DNA of 64,000 nucleotides from an uncultured Alphaproteobacteria bacterium. Lineage in GTDB: Bacteria > Pseudomonadota > Alphaproteobacteria > RF32 > CAG-239. Positions within the stretch are counted from its first letter, which is position 1. Every line of letters begins with the position of its first letter. Location of the stretch: contig CAXHMA010000004.1 in NCBI GenBank assembly GCA_964017825.1, forward strand, positions 21,716 to 85,715. The letters are read 5' to 3'. A program made the translations under genes and the position numbers. Below are positions 17,922-27,669 of the stretch, piece after piece. The notes under the pieces are model-generated. The model saw nothing but the letters and a program-made list of their open reading frames with translations, did not search any database and had not been told where the DNA came from.

Positions 17922-19268
17922 TCAAATGGCTTGCGCGTAGCTGCCTAGTGTCAATTGAAAATATTTTTCTATCCTTCGTTTGTCACTGTCTTTTGCACAT
18001 ATATCATTAATAATTTTCGGATTTTTAATATCAGAATTTGAAACCATTATATAATCCAGTACGTGGCAGTATCTGTAAAAATTATTGGCAGTTAATTTAT
18101 TGATGCCGTTATTCATGCTTCTTAGTATTAAAACAATTTTACTTATAATATCATGCCGGTTAAAACAAAAATAAGCATCTGTATGTAGAATCGAGATTAA
18201 TGTTTGCAATTCAACCTCTTTAACCGAAAAGGCATCATTAATTTTTATGATTTTAAAAACCGTTTCCAGAAAATATTTACGAATAAATCTGTAACAAAAG
18301 AAATTTTGTTTTGCATTCTGGTTAATTATATATTTGAAAAGTTTGAAACAAAACAATTTATCTTCATTACTTTTATCCGCTGTCAGACTGATTAAATCAA
18401 ACAAATAATAATAATCTTCTTTACTGGATTTTTCTTTTGCCAAAACCGTTGCCGTTGCTTTTTTAAGTTCGTCTTGTGATAAATCTAAAACTTTATAGGA
18501 TTCATTTATTTTGCTTAATAAACTTCTTTTGAATTTTCTGAGATTAGGATTAGTGCTGAAATCTTGTTGTAACAGCAAATAGTTTACGGTATGTAGTATT
18601 TTCCAATATGTATATATACAATTGCCGCCTATGAGGTTTAATATTTTATCACAAATTATAGTATAAGCATCAATCGATATTTCTTTATTTTCCGCTGCAT
18701 ACAAAAGTCTGTCTATCCAACAAAGGTATGATGTTTCTTTTTCATTTTTTTCCGGATTATAAGAAAAAAAACTGAATTTTTTTAATATCTGTTTTTTTAA
18801 ATTATAATAGATTTCATTAATAAGAACATTTTTGCATTTTAGTAAAAAGTTGTCAGATATTCTTAATATTAAAAAATCATGACTGATTTGATCTGTTTCA
18901 CGTGAAACCTTTACAAGAGCATTAGCTAATTGTAAAAATTTTTTATCATCAAAAACCTTTTGCAGTCTTTCAATCGGCAAATTTGATATTTTTGCGATTT
19001 CATGTATATTTCGTTTTTTTGTAATCATTCGTTTTTCCGAAGCATGGATAAAATTGCCGATTATGGAAAGTATATCACGAACCGTCAAATCCAAAGAATT
19101 TATGTTTAACACATTTTCATTTAAAGATAATTCATAAGCAATATCAAAACGTTTCTTAACCAAAAGAGCATCCATTTCTTTAAAAAACTTATGATTATAT
19201 TTATCTGCTAAAATGGTTGTTAATGTCGTATATTTTTCTAATGATAGTTTTTTATTGTTAATATCCAT
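17922..19268 (-). CDS. Orphan K/N/I-rich hypothetical protein, compositionally anomalous
   Basis: The 1347 nt open frame lies in DNA that is very AT-rich (about 22-25% GC by eye against about 37% around it). I recognise no family. It is convergent with mnmE with only an 8 nt gap. Confidence 0.6.
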   Translation of the reverse strand: MDINNKKLSLEKYTTLTTILADKYNHKFFKEMDALLVKKRFDIAYELSLNENVLNINSLDLTVRDILSIIGNFIHASEKRMITKKRNIHEIAKISNLPIERLQKVFDDKKFLQLANALVKVSRETDQISHDFLILRISDNFLLKCKNVLINEIYYNLKKQILKKFSFFSYNPEKNEKETSYLCWIDRLLYAAENKEISIDAYTIICDKILNLIGGNCIYTYWKILHTVNYLLLQQDFSTNPNLRKFKRSLLSKINESYKVLDLSQDELKKATATVLAKEKSSKEDYYYLFDLISLTADKSNEDKLFCFKLFKYIINQNAKQNFFCYRFIRKYFLETVFKIIKINDAFSVKEVELQTLISILHTDAYFCFNRHDIISKIVLILRSMNNGINKLTANNFYRYCHVLDYIMVSNSDIKNPKIINDICAKDSDKRRIEKYFQLTLGSYAQAI

Positions 19269-19422
19269 GTAATCACCTATATAAAAAGTTGTATTATTTA
19301 TACAATATAAATTATAGGTTTAATTGTCAATATTTTTATAAAACATATTTTTATACATAAAAAGTCTTGCAAAAATAGAGAACGAAAGTAAAATCGTAAA
19401 AAAATAAGAATAGAAGGATAAT

Positions 19423-21273
19423 ATGAATACATACGATGTTATAGTTGTCGGCGGGGGGCATGCAGGCTGTGAAGCTGCCGCTGCCGCTGCAAGAATGGGG
19501 GCATCTGCCTGTTTAATAACGCACAAGATACATACAATCGGCGAAATGTCATGTAATCCGGCAATCGGCGGTTTGGGAAAAGGACATTTGGTTCGAGAAA
19601 TTGATGCCTTGGATGGTTTAATGGCTCAGGTTATTGATAAAGCCGGTATACAATTTCGTATGCTTAATGCCTCAAAAGGACCGGCCGTCCGTGGTCCGCG
19701 TGCACAGGCGGATAGGGATTTATATAAGAAATACATGCAAGAGGCTTTAAAACAACAAAACAATTTGAATATAATTGAAGGAGCTGTTGAAGGTCTTATA
19801 ATAAACGAAAAGAATATAAACGGTATAATTTTGTCTGATGGCACAAATATAAAGGCAAAAACAGTTGTTTTGACAACGGGTACTTTTTTGAATGGTATCA
19901 TGTTTACCGGACATCAGACATCTGTCGGCGGGCGTGTCGGTGATGTAAGTTGTACCGGTATAACATCGTATTTAAAAACTGCCGGATTAAATGTCGGTCG
20001 TCTTAAAACGGGAACACCGGCAAGATTAAATGGCAAAACAATTAATTGGAACATTTTAGAAAAACAATATGGTGACAGCAAACCCACGCCTTTTTCTTTT
20101 TTAACAGAGGAACTTCCGCAACGGCAGATAGAGTGTTATATAACACATACAAACAGTGAAACCCACAAAATTATAAAAGATAACTTTTCCAAATGTGCTC
20201 TTTTTTCAGGATTGATAAAAGGTATCGGCCCGCGCTACTGTCCGAGTATTGAAGACAAATTGGTTAAATTTGCTGATAAGGAAAGTCATCAAATTTTTTT
20301 GGAACCGGAAGGATATGATACGGATGTTGTTTATCCGAACGGGATTTCCACATCGTTGCCGGCAGATGTTCAGGAAGCCTTTATTCATACAATAAAAGGC
20401 TTGGAAACTGTTGAAATTTTACGTCCCGCATATGCTATTGAATATGATTATGTGGATCCTTTGGAACTTAATAATACATTGGCTGTAAAAAAGTTGAGAG
20501 GATTATACTTAGCCGGACAAATTAATGGAACCACGGGCTATGAAGAAGCGGCCGCACAGGGGCTGATGGCCGGAATTAATGCGGCACTTTATGCAAAAGG
20601 CAAAGGCAGTTTTGTTGTTGACCGCAGTGAAGGCTATATAGGTGTAATGATTGATGATTTAATAACCAAAGGAGTTGATGAGCCATACCGAATGTTTACA
20701 TCGCGCTCCGAATACAGGTTATATCTGCGTGCTGATAATGCTGATATGCGCTTAACACAAAAAGGATATGAAATAGGATGTGTTTCAGAATATAGATACA
20801 GTGTATTTAAACAGAAGTTTGACAATTTAAATAAATATCGTGACACAGCCAAAAAAATAATTTTAACAGGCAGAGAGATTGATACATATAATTTGCCGAT
20901 AAAAAAAGAAGGAACTAAAAAATCTTTGTTTACTCTGATGGGGTGTGAAGATGTTTCACGTGAAACAATAAATAAAATAGAACCTTCTTTTGAATCTGTT
21001 GCCGATGATGTTTATGAACAAATATGTATAGAATCGAAATATGCCGGTTATATGAAAAGACAGGAAAGTGATATTAATATATTCAAAAAAGATGAACAAA
21101 TTAAAATAAAAGAAGATATTGATTATTCTAAAATAGGCGGTTTGTCCAAAGAAGTTATTGCAAAATTGGAAAAGATCAGACCGTCAACATTAGGGGAAGC
21201 TTCCAGGATTTCGGGTATAACACCCGCCGCGATAATTGCTGTTTTGGGATATTTAAAAACACTCGGTAAATAA
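19423..21273 (+). CDS. mnmG: tRNA uridine 5-carboxymethylaminomethyl modification enzyme MnmG (GidA)
   Basis: The 616 aa protein has the FAD-binding N-terminus [14 protein letters not shown] and conserved MnmG blocks. Confidence 0.95.
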   Translation: MNTYDVIVVGGGHAGCEAAAAAARMGASACLITHKIHTIGEMSCNPAIGGLGKGHLVREIDALDGLMAQVIDKAGIQFRMLNASKGPAVRGPRAQADRDLYKKYMQEALKQQNNLNIIEGAVEGLIINEKNINGIILSDGTNIKAKTVVLTTGTFLNGIMFTGHQTSVGGRVGDVSCTGITSYLKTAGLNVGRLKTGTPARLNGKTINWNILEKQYGDSKPTPFSFLTEELPQRQIECYITHTNSETHKIIKDNFSKCALFSGLIKGIGPRYCPSIEDKLVKFADKESHQIFLEPEGYDTDVVYPNGISTSLPADVQEAFIHTIKGLETVEILRPAYAIEYDYVDPLELNNTLAVKKLRGLYLAGQINGTTGYEEAAAQGLMAGINAALYAKGKGSFVVDRSEGYIGVMIDDLITKGVDEPYRMFTSRSEYRLYLRADNADMRLTQKGYEIGCVSEYRYSVFKQKFDNLNKYRDTAKKIILTGREIDTYNLPIKKEGTKKSLFTLMGCEDVSRETINKIEPSFESVADDVYEQICIESKYAGYMKRQESDINIFKKDEQIKIKEDIDYSKIGGLSKEVIAKLEKIRPSTLGEASRISGITPAAIIAVLGYLKTLGK

Positions 21274-21365
21274 AATGGAAAATTTTCATATTGTGAAAAA
21301 ACTTATTAATGTTTATAACTGTAATTTTTTATGCAAAAAATAATTTGATAAAATAAACTGTCAAT

Positions 21366-21986
21366 ATGATGAATATTTTAAACATAGATAATGTTTCACG
21401 TGAAACAATTACAAAATTAAAACAATATGAAATGCTTGTTAAAGAGTGGAACATGCGTTTTAATCTTGTTTCAAAATCTTCTGTTCAATATATATGGAAC
21501 AGGCACATCTTGGATTCACTTCAACTGTGTAACCACCTCTTGCCGTCAGACAGGATATTATATGATTTTGGTTCCGGTGCCGGTTTTCCGGGCATTGTGC
21601 TGGCTGTTGCATCAGAACAATTGTTTCCCGAACTTACGGTTAAGTTGATAGAAAGTATAGAGAAAAAAGCGCGGTTTTTAAATGTCGTAAAAGATGAATT
21701 AAACCTGAATGTAACAATTATTAATGACAGAATTGAAAATATAAAATCACAAAAAGCCGACGTTATAACATCAAGAGCTTTGGCTTCTTTGACTAAATTA
21801 CTGGAATATTCCATGCCGTTTTGTTCAGAACGGACGCGATTGATTTTTCTTAAAGGTACAAAATGGGAAGAAGAATTAAACGAAGCAAAAAAACAATGGC
21901 ATTTTGATTATGAAATTATTAAAAGTAAAACAGATGAAACCGGGCGTATATTAATTATATATAATTTGAGGAGAGTAAAATGGTAA
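21366..21986 (+). CDS. rsmG: 16S rRNA m7G527 methyltransferase RsmG (GidB)
   Basis: The SAM-binding motif is DFGSGAGFPGIVLA. It is 206 aa and sits in gidB position. Confidence 0.85.
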   Translation: MMNILNIDNVSRETITKLKQYEMLVKEWNMRFNLVSKSSVQYIWNRHILDSLQLCNHLLPSDRILYDFGSGAGFPGIVLAVASEQLFPELTVKLIESIEKKARFLNVVKDELNLNVTIINDRIENIKSQKADVITSRALASLTKLLEYSMPFCSERTRLIFLKGTKWEEELNEAKKQWHFDYEIIKSKTDETGRILIIYNLRRVKW

Positions 21987-22750
21987 AAGTTATATCTATT
22001 GCAAACCGCAAGGGTGGAGTAGGTAAAACAACAACAGCCGTAAATATTGCAACGGCTATGGCTGCGATCGGTAAACGCGTCCTTATTTTAGATATGGATC
22101 CGCAGGGAAACGCCACAACCTCACTTGGCATAAATAAAAACAAATGTCTTTTTTCTTCTTATGATTTAATGATTAATAATTGCAAAGCAGAAGATGCAAT
22201 AATTAAGACTGATATAAAAAAGTTCGATATACTGCCATCAGCACCGGCTCTTGCTGCCGCTGAAATAGAACTGATTGATGTAAAGCAGCGTGAATATGTT
22301 TTAAGAAATGCTCTGAATGCGCTGTCTGATAAATATGATTATATATTAATAGATTGCCCGCCGTCGTTAAATTTAATAACAATTAATGCATTAGTTTCAT
22401 CAGATTCCGTTATTGTACCGTTACAGAGCGAATTTTTGGCACTTGAGGGTTTAACGGATTTAATAAAAAATATTAATATTATTAAAAAGAATTTTAACGC
22501 CAAGCTAGACTTGCAGGGTATCGTTTTAACTATGTTTGATAAAAGAAATAATTTAAGCCAAATGGTTGAGACGGATGTGCGCAAATATTTCGGACAAAAA
22601 GTTTATAAGACGGTCATCCCGAGAAGCGTTCGCATCTCGGAAGCCCCGTCTCACGGTCAGCCGGTATTAATTTATGATTTTAAAAGTACCGGAGCTAAAG
22701 CTTATTTAAATTTGGCCAGAGAAGTTTTAAAAAGAGAAAAGGAGTTATAA
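21980..22750 (+). CDS. parA: Chromosome partitioning ATPase ParA
   Basis: The deviant Walker A is KGGVGKTT. It is 256 aa and overlaps rsmG by 7 nt. Confidence 0.9.
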   Translation: MVKVISIANRKGGVGKTTTAVNIATAMAAIGKRVLILDMDPQGNATTSLGINKNKCLFSSYDLMINNCKAEDAIIKTDIKKFDILPSAPALAAAEIELIDVKQREYVLRNALNALSDKYDYILIDCPPSLNLITINALVSSDSVIVPLQSEFLALEGLTDLIKNINIIKKNFNAKLDLQGIVLTMFDKRNNLSQMVETDVRKYFGQKVYKTVIPRSVRISEAPSHGQPVLIYDFKSTGAKAYLNLAREVLKREKEL

Positions 22751-23632
22751 ATGTCTGCAAATAAAAAACATGGATTGGGTCGTGGTTTGGAAGCGCTGCT
22801 GGGCGAAGATGATTTAAGCTTTAATCTGGATAATATTAATATAAGCGATACGACTGAAAGCGGAATTAAAAAAGTAAAAGTTGAAGATTTGTTTCCCAGT
22901 CCGTATCAGCCACGAAAAGATTTTAACAAAGAATCTCTTGACGCCTTAGTAAATTCAATCCGTGAGAAAGGCGTGTTGCAGCCGCTTATTGTTCGCAAGC
23001 AAGGTGACAAATACGAAATCATTGCCGGTGAAAGGCGTTGGCGTGCATCTAAAATTGCCGGCGTCAATGAAGTTCCGGTCATGGAAAAAGATTTAAATAA
23101 TCAGGAAGTGCTTGAAGTGGCTCTTGTTGAAAATTTGTTGCGTGAAAATCTTTCTCCCATAGAAGAAGCGGAAGGGTTTAATCGTTTAATTGCTGAGTTT
23201 TCGCATACGCATGATGCTCTGTCACAAATTGTAGGAAAATCAAGAAGTTATATAACAAACACATTACGCCTCTTATCTCTTCCTGACAGCATAAAAGAGA
23301 TGATTAGAAATAATTCTCTGACGGCCGGGCATGCAAGAACGTTGATTGGTTTGGAAAATGCTGAAATTGTGGCGGAAAAGATTGTTTCACGCGGATTATC
23401 CGTTCGTCAAACGGAAGAACTTGTTAATAATCTGAAAAATCACACCCTGGATAAAATCAGTAACACACTAAAGAAAGATCCGAGCTTGAAAGAATTGGAA
23501 AAAGATTTAACTCATATCATCGGGTTAAAAGTAAAAATTAATTCCAAAACAGATGATAAGGGAAAAGTAACAATAGAATACAAATCTCCGGCAGAATTGA
23601 ACACTATTTTAGAATTGCTGGAAAAAAAATAA
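22751..23632 (+). CDS. parB: Chromosome partitioning protein ParB
   Basis: The ParB box is GERRWRAS and an HTH follows. It is 293 aa and directly abuts parA. Confidence 0.9.
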   Translation: MSANKKHGLGRGLEALLGEDDLSFNLDNINISDTTESGIKKVKVEDLFPSPYQPRKDFNKESLDALVNSIREKGVLQPLIVRKQGDKYEIIAGERRWRASKIAGVNEVPVMEKDLNNQEVLEVALVENLLRENLSPIEEAEGFNRLIAEFSHTHDALSQIVGKSRSYITNTLRLLSLPDSIKEMIRNNSLTAGHARTLIGLENAEIVAEKIVSRGLSVRQTEELVNNLKNHTLDKISNTLKKDPSLKELEKDLTHIIGLKVKINSKTDDKGKVTIEYKSPAELNTILELLEKK

Positions 23633-23651
23633 AAACTAAACCCTAAGAGAA

Positions 23652-23690
23652 ACACTGCAATTAGTAAAAAATATGCCAAATTGAAAATAA
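23652..23690 (+). terminator. Rho-independent terminator after parB
   Basis: aaaaaatatgccaaattgaaaataaggcatattttttt has an atatgcc/ggcatat stem and a T-run. Confidence 0.55.
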
Positions 23691-23873
23691 GGCATATTTT
23701 TTTGCGTAGCAAAGCACTTGGAAAATTTTGTGTATGATTTATCAAAAAAATAAAAATATATAGCTGATGCATAAAAAAACGCAAAAGCTTTAACTCGTTG
23801 ATTTTAATAAAATTTGTTGCCCAACGAGAGAAAATGCGGGTTACTGCAATTTTTTTGCTTTCTGATTATTGAT

Positions 23874-25073
23874 CTATAAATTAAAAATAGTCTGATATTT
23901 TTGTAAAAGAAAATCTTTTGTTGAACAACATCCTTTTTCAAACCATTCTTTTTTTAGAACATCCAGATATAATCCTATAAGTTTTTTATCGGCGCCGGCT
24001 TTAATTAAGTCTTTTCCGCTTAACGGAAATACAGGAATTTTAATTGAATCCACTGTATTTAAAATTTCTTGAACGTGTGAAATATCTTGATTTTCCAAAT
24101 TTAAACACAACCATTTATCCATACATATTTCTTTACCATACAGGTAGATGATTTTATTGATTGAAACAGTGTCTTTAAAGCTCTTTTCAGTGATTTTGGC
24201 TTTACTCAGCCTGATGAAGTAATCTTTTTGCTCGCGATTTAAATGAAAAATATCAGCCAGCCGTCCGGCTCTTTTGGCATCGGGCTCAAACATGACAAAT
24301 ATTCTGCGGATAATACTTTTTTCAAGGTGCAGAGTTTCCACCAGTTTATTGAGTTTTTCAAGATTATCAATGTTTTTAGGCGGCGCAATAAGAAAATCAA
24401 GCATTCCGTTGTCAAATATCATTTTAAGTGCATTGACAGCATATGGTGCCGTTAAAATTTTAAACAGTTCTTCCTTAATTTTTTCCGAAGAAATTTTTCG
24501 CAGCGCGTGTTTGTTGGCAATACAGGCATCCAACGATTTCCGATCTATTTTTTTGCCGAACATGGCACAGAATCTGAAAAATCGCATAATCCTGATATAA
24601 TCCCGTTCAATAGTTTCCTGAGGATTTTCAATGAATTTTATTATTCCCTTTTCAAGATCGCTTATACCGTTATAATAGTCAAAAACGTTTCCTTTTTCAT
24701 CTGCATAAACCGCGTTGATTGTCAGGTCGCGCTGTTTGGCATCGGCCTTCCATTCATCCTTGTTACTGTCTTCTTCGGCAGAAAGGGAGGTTACCTTAAA
24801 AAAACTGTTGTTTACAATCACGCCGATAGTAAAAAATTGTATACCGATAGGAACACAACGCAGCCCCTCGTCATCGCACATATCAGAAAATTCGGAAGGG
24901 GACATATCGGTTACCAAGTCAATATCTTTGCGCTCAAATCCTGCAATGGCGTCTCTGACAGCCCCCCCGACAAACCTTAATACACCGCCGTGTTTTTCTA
25001 CTGTTTTGAATAATTTTATGATATCCTCGTTATTAATAAGCTTTTTCGGGTCAATATAGTCAGGATGAAACAT
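23874..25073 (-). CDS. CCA tRNA nucleotidyltransferase / poly(A) polymerase family protein
   Basis: The head-domain motifs are GGAVRD...DIDL and RDLTINA. It is 399 aa. Confidence 0.8.
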   Translation of the reverse strand: MFHPDYIDPKKLINNEDIIKLFKTVEKHGGVLRFVGGAVRDAIAGFERKDIDLVTDMSPSEFSDMCDDEGLRCVPIGIQFFTIGVIVNNSFFKVTSLSAEEDSNKDEWKADAKQRDLTINAVYADEKGNVFDYYNGISDLEKGIIKFIENPQETIERDYIRIMRFFRFCAMFGKKIDRKSLDACIANKHALRKISSEKIKEELFKILTAPYAVNALKMIFDNGMLDFLIAPPKNIDNLEKLNKLVETLHLEKSIIRRIFVMFEPDAKRAGRLADIFHLNREQKDYFIRLSKAKITEKSFKDTVSINKIIYLYGKEICMDKWLCLNLENQDISHVQEILNTVDSIKIPVFPLSGKDLIKAGADKKLIGLYLDVLKKEWFEKGCCSTKDFLLQKYQTIFNL

Positions 25074-25173
25074 TTTTTCCTCATTTTCTTGTGGGTTGTC
25101 AAACTTGTTAATAGTTTATTATAAATGTCTTAATTATAGTATAAAATATAAAAATTTTTTAGGAAATAAAATC

Positions 25174-25677
25174 ATGATTAAGTATGTATCTTTATTTGCG
25201 ACGGTTTTTCTTGCATTACCGGTATATGCCGGTACGGTTCCGACAGAGTTGGGAGAATACGGGGATTGGACGGCATATACGTATAAGGAAGGAAAAAATA
25301 CTGTCTGCTATATGGCTTCCACACCTAAAAAAGATGAAGGAAACTATAAAAAACGCGGTGATATTTATGCCGTCATCACACATCGCCCGGCAGATAAAAG
25401 TTATAATGTTGTTAACTTTGTCGCCGGATATAAATATAAAAGCGGTTCAAATGTAACGGTAAAAATCGGAACAACCGCTTTTCATAATTTATTTACCAGT
25501 GATGATAATGCCTGGGCTCCGGATGCCGCAACGGATAAAAAGCTGGTGGATGCCATGAAACGCGGTGAAAAGATGATTGTCGAAGGAACATCTTTCCGCG
25601 GCACCAAAACCAAAGACACATACTCGTTGGCCGGGTTTAGCAAGGCTTATCGGGCAATAAGCGCAAAATGTAAATAA
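25174..25677 (+). CDS. Secreted protein, possibly of the invasion-associated locus B (IalB) family
   Basis: The signal peptide is MIKYVSLFATVFLALPVYAGT. There is an early W...C (GDWTAYTYKEGKNTVCY) and a C-terminal Cys (AKCK), and the mature length is about 165 aa. AGGAAATAAAATC precedes the ATG at 25174. The family call is from memory of the IalB pattern and is weak. Confidence 0.45.
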   Translation: MIKYVSLFATVFLALPVYAGTVPTELGEYGDWTAYTYKEGKNTVCYMASTPKKDEGNYKKRGDIYAVITHRPADKSYNVVNFVAGYKYKSGSNVTVKIGTTAFHNLFTSDDNAWAPDAATDKKLVDAMKRGEKMIVEGTSFRGTKTKDTYSLAGFSKAYRAISAKCK

Positions 25678-25678
25678 A

Positions 25679-26746
25679 ATGACTGAAAAAGTAGAACTGA
25701 CAAACTTATCCAAACAGGAGTTGGAAGCCGAAATCGTAAAAATCGGCGAAAAACCTTTTCGCGCCAAACAAATCTGGCAATGGATATATTATCGCGGCGT
25801 AACAAGTTTTGATGCCATGAGCAATTTGTCGCTGACATTGCGTCAAAAGTTACAGGAAAACTATACGATAACCCGCCCGAAAATCGTTACGGAGCAGATA
25901 TCTGTTGATAAAACTCATAAATGGCTGCTTGAATTTCAAGACGGCGAACGTGTGGAAATGGTATATATTCCTGAAAAAGATAGAGGTGCCGTATGTATTT
26001 CAACGCAGGTCGGTTGTGCTATGGGGTGCCGTTTTTGCCATACGGGAAGCCAAAACTTCACCAGAAATTTGACAACAGGTGAAATTGTCGGCCAGTTTAT
26101 GGTTGCCCGCGATGCTTACGGCGAATGGCCGAGTCCCACTGATGAAACGCGTTATCTCTCTAATATTGTTGTTATGGGTATGGGAGAACCGCTGAACAAT
26201 CTTGATAATGTTGTTAAAGCTCTGAATATTATAACCGATAATGAAGGGATAGCAATTTCCCGCCGCCGCGTTACAATGTCTACGTCAGGCATCGCGCCGC
26301 GCATCGTCGAAGCAATGCATAGAACAGGGGTTCGTTTAGCTGTCTCTCTGCACGCACCGAACAATAATATTCGGTCGCAAATCATGCCGATTAATGATAA
26401 ATTTAAAATAGAAGAAATCATGAAAGCCTGTGCGGAATACCAAAAAGGTGATCACAGCCGCTATATTACGTTTGAATATTTGTTGCTAAAAGATATTAAT
26501 GACAGTTTGGAGCAGGCAAAAGAATTAATATCGTTGTTGAAAAAATATAAATTGCGCGCTTTATTTAATCTGATACCGTTTAATCCTTGGCCGGGATGCT
26601 GTTTTCAACCCAGTGATAAAAAAACGGTCGAAGCCTTTTCAAAAGCTTTGGAACAAGCGGGGTTTGCAGCTCCCGTACGCGTGGCTCGCGGGCAAGATAT
26701 TTTAGCCGCTTGCGGACAGTTAAAGTCTAAACAACCGAAAGCTTAA
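25679..26746 (+). CDS. rlmN: 23S rRNA/tRNA m2A methyltransferase RlmN (radical SAM)
   Basis: The Fe-S ligands are CAMGCRFC. It is 355 aa. Confidence 0.9.
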   Translation: MTEKVELTNLSKQELEAEIVKIGEKPFRAKQIWQWIYYRGVTSFDAMSNLSLTLRQKLQENYTITRPKIVTEQISVDKTHKWLLEFQDGERVEMVYIPEKDRGAVCISTQVGCAMGCRFCHTGSQNFTRNLTTGEIVGQFMVARDAYGEWPSPTDETRYLSNIVVMGMGEPLNNLDNVVKALNIITDNEGIAISRRRVTMSTSGIAPRIVEAMHRTGVRLAVSLHAPNNNIRSQIMPINDKFKIEEIMKACAEYQKGDHSRYITFEYLLLKDINDSLEQAKELISLLKKYKLRALFNLIPFNPWPGCCFQPSDKKTVEAFSKALEQAGFAAPVRVARGQDILAACGQLKSKQPKA

Positions 26747-27669
26747 TCAAGTTTGCAAGCCCCGTCCAGCTGATGGTCTAAACGGTTCTCTTTTACCCCG
26801 ATAGGGTCTTGGTGAATTAGAATCTGGCAACCGGGGTATGCTGCATATATTTTATTTTCAACAGCCTCCGTCAGTTCATGGGCCTTTTGCAAAGAAATGG
26901 CGCCGTCCAATTCAATATGAAATTCAAAAAAGTAAATATCGCCCAGACTGCGGCTTCTGAAATCGTGCATTCCGTGGACACCGCGGCTGCTTTTAACAAT
27001 ATCCTTAATATGCTCGCGTATATCCATACTGAGTTCTTTGTCTGTTATTTGTTCCAAGGCCTCCTGTGCCAGCATATAAGCATTATATAATAAATATGCC
27101 GAGATAAGCATCGCCGCAATCACATCAAAATATGAAAATTTAATAAAACGCACCAATAAAAGGGAAATAATAACGGTTGAGTTTGTCAAAAAATCCACCG
27201 TATAATGTGCTCTGTCGGCTTTTACGGCAAGAGATTTAGTTTTATTGGCAACATATGTCTGATATATAACCAAAAGCGCCGTTCCCAATATACTTATTCC
27301 CATAATCAAAATGCCGGAATCTATTTCTGTAATATCAACGGGGTGTATCAACCGTTTAATTCCGTCAAACATAACATAAACGCCGGAAGCGCCGACAAAA
27401 ATTGCTTGCAGTAAAGCGCTTAAAGCCTCGGATTTGCCATAGCCGTATCTGTGGCTTTGCGAGGCCGGCTTGGTTGAAAAATAAACAGCGGCAAACGAAA
27501 TCAACGAAGCCAGCAGATCTGTCAGACTGTCTATAAAAGAAGAAAAAACCGCCAATGAATTTGTTTTTAAAAATGCGGCAAATTTTATGACAATTAATAA
27601 TAACGCCAATAAAACGCTTGCAGTAACGGCTGATTTTTTCAACCGGTTATTTTGTTCCGATAATGTCAT
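26743..27669 (-). CDS. Cation diffusion facilitator family transporter
   Basis: It has six TM helices and a C-terminal cytoplasmic domain (HELHIELDGAISLQKAHE). It is 308 aa. Confidence 0.8.
   Translation of the reverse strand: MTLSEQNNRLKKSAVTASVLLALLLIVIKFAAFLKTNSLAVFSSFIDSLTDLLASLISFAAVYFSTKPASQSHRYGYGKSEALSALLQAIFVGASGVYVMFDGIKRLIHPVDITEIDSGILIMGISILGTALLVIYQTYVANKTKSLAVKADRAHYTVDFLTNSTVIISLLLVRFIKFSYFDVIAAMLISAYLLYNAYMLAQEALEQITDKELSMDIREHIKDIVKSSRGVHGMHDFRSRSLGDIYFFEFHIELDGAISLQKAHELTEAVENKIYAAYPGCQILIHQDPIGVKENRLDHQLDGACKLD

Noticed and set aside
17922-19268. The AT-rich orphan gene as an IS element or transposase
   Set aside because: It has no terminal inverted repeats, no direct target duplications and no DDE or HTH-transposase motifs. 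It is treated as an orphan CDS instead.
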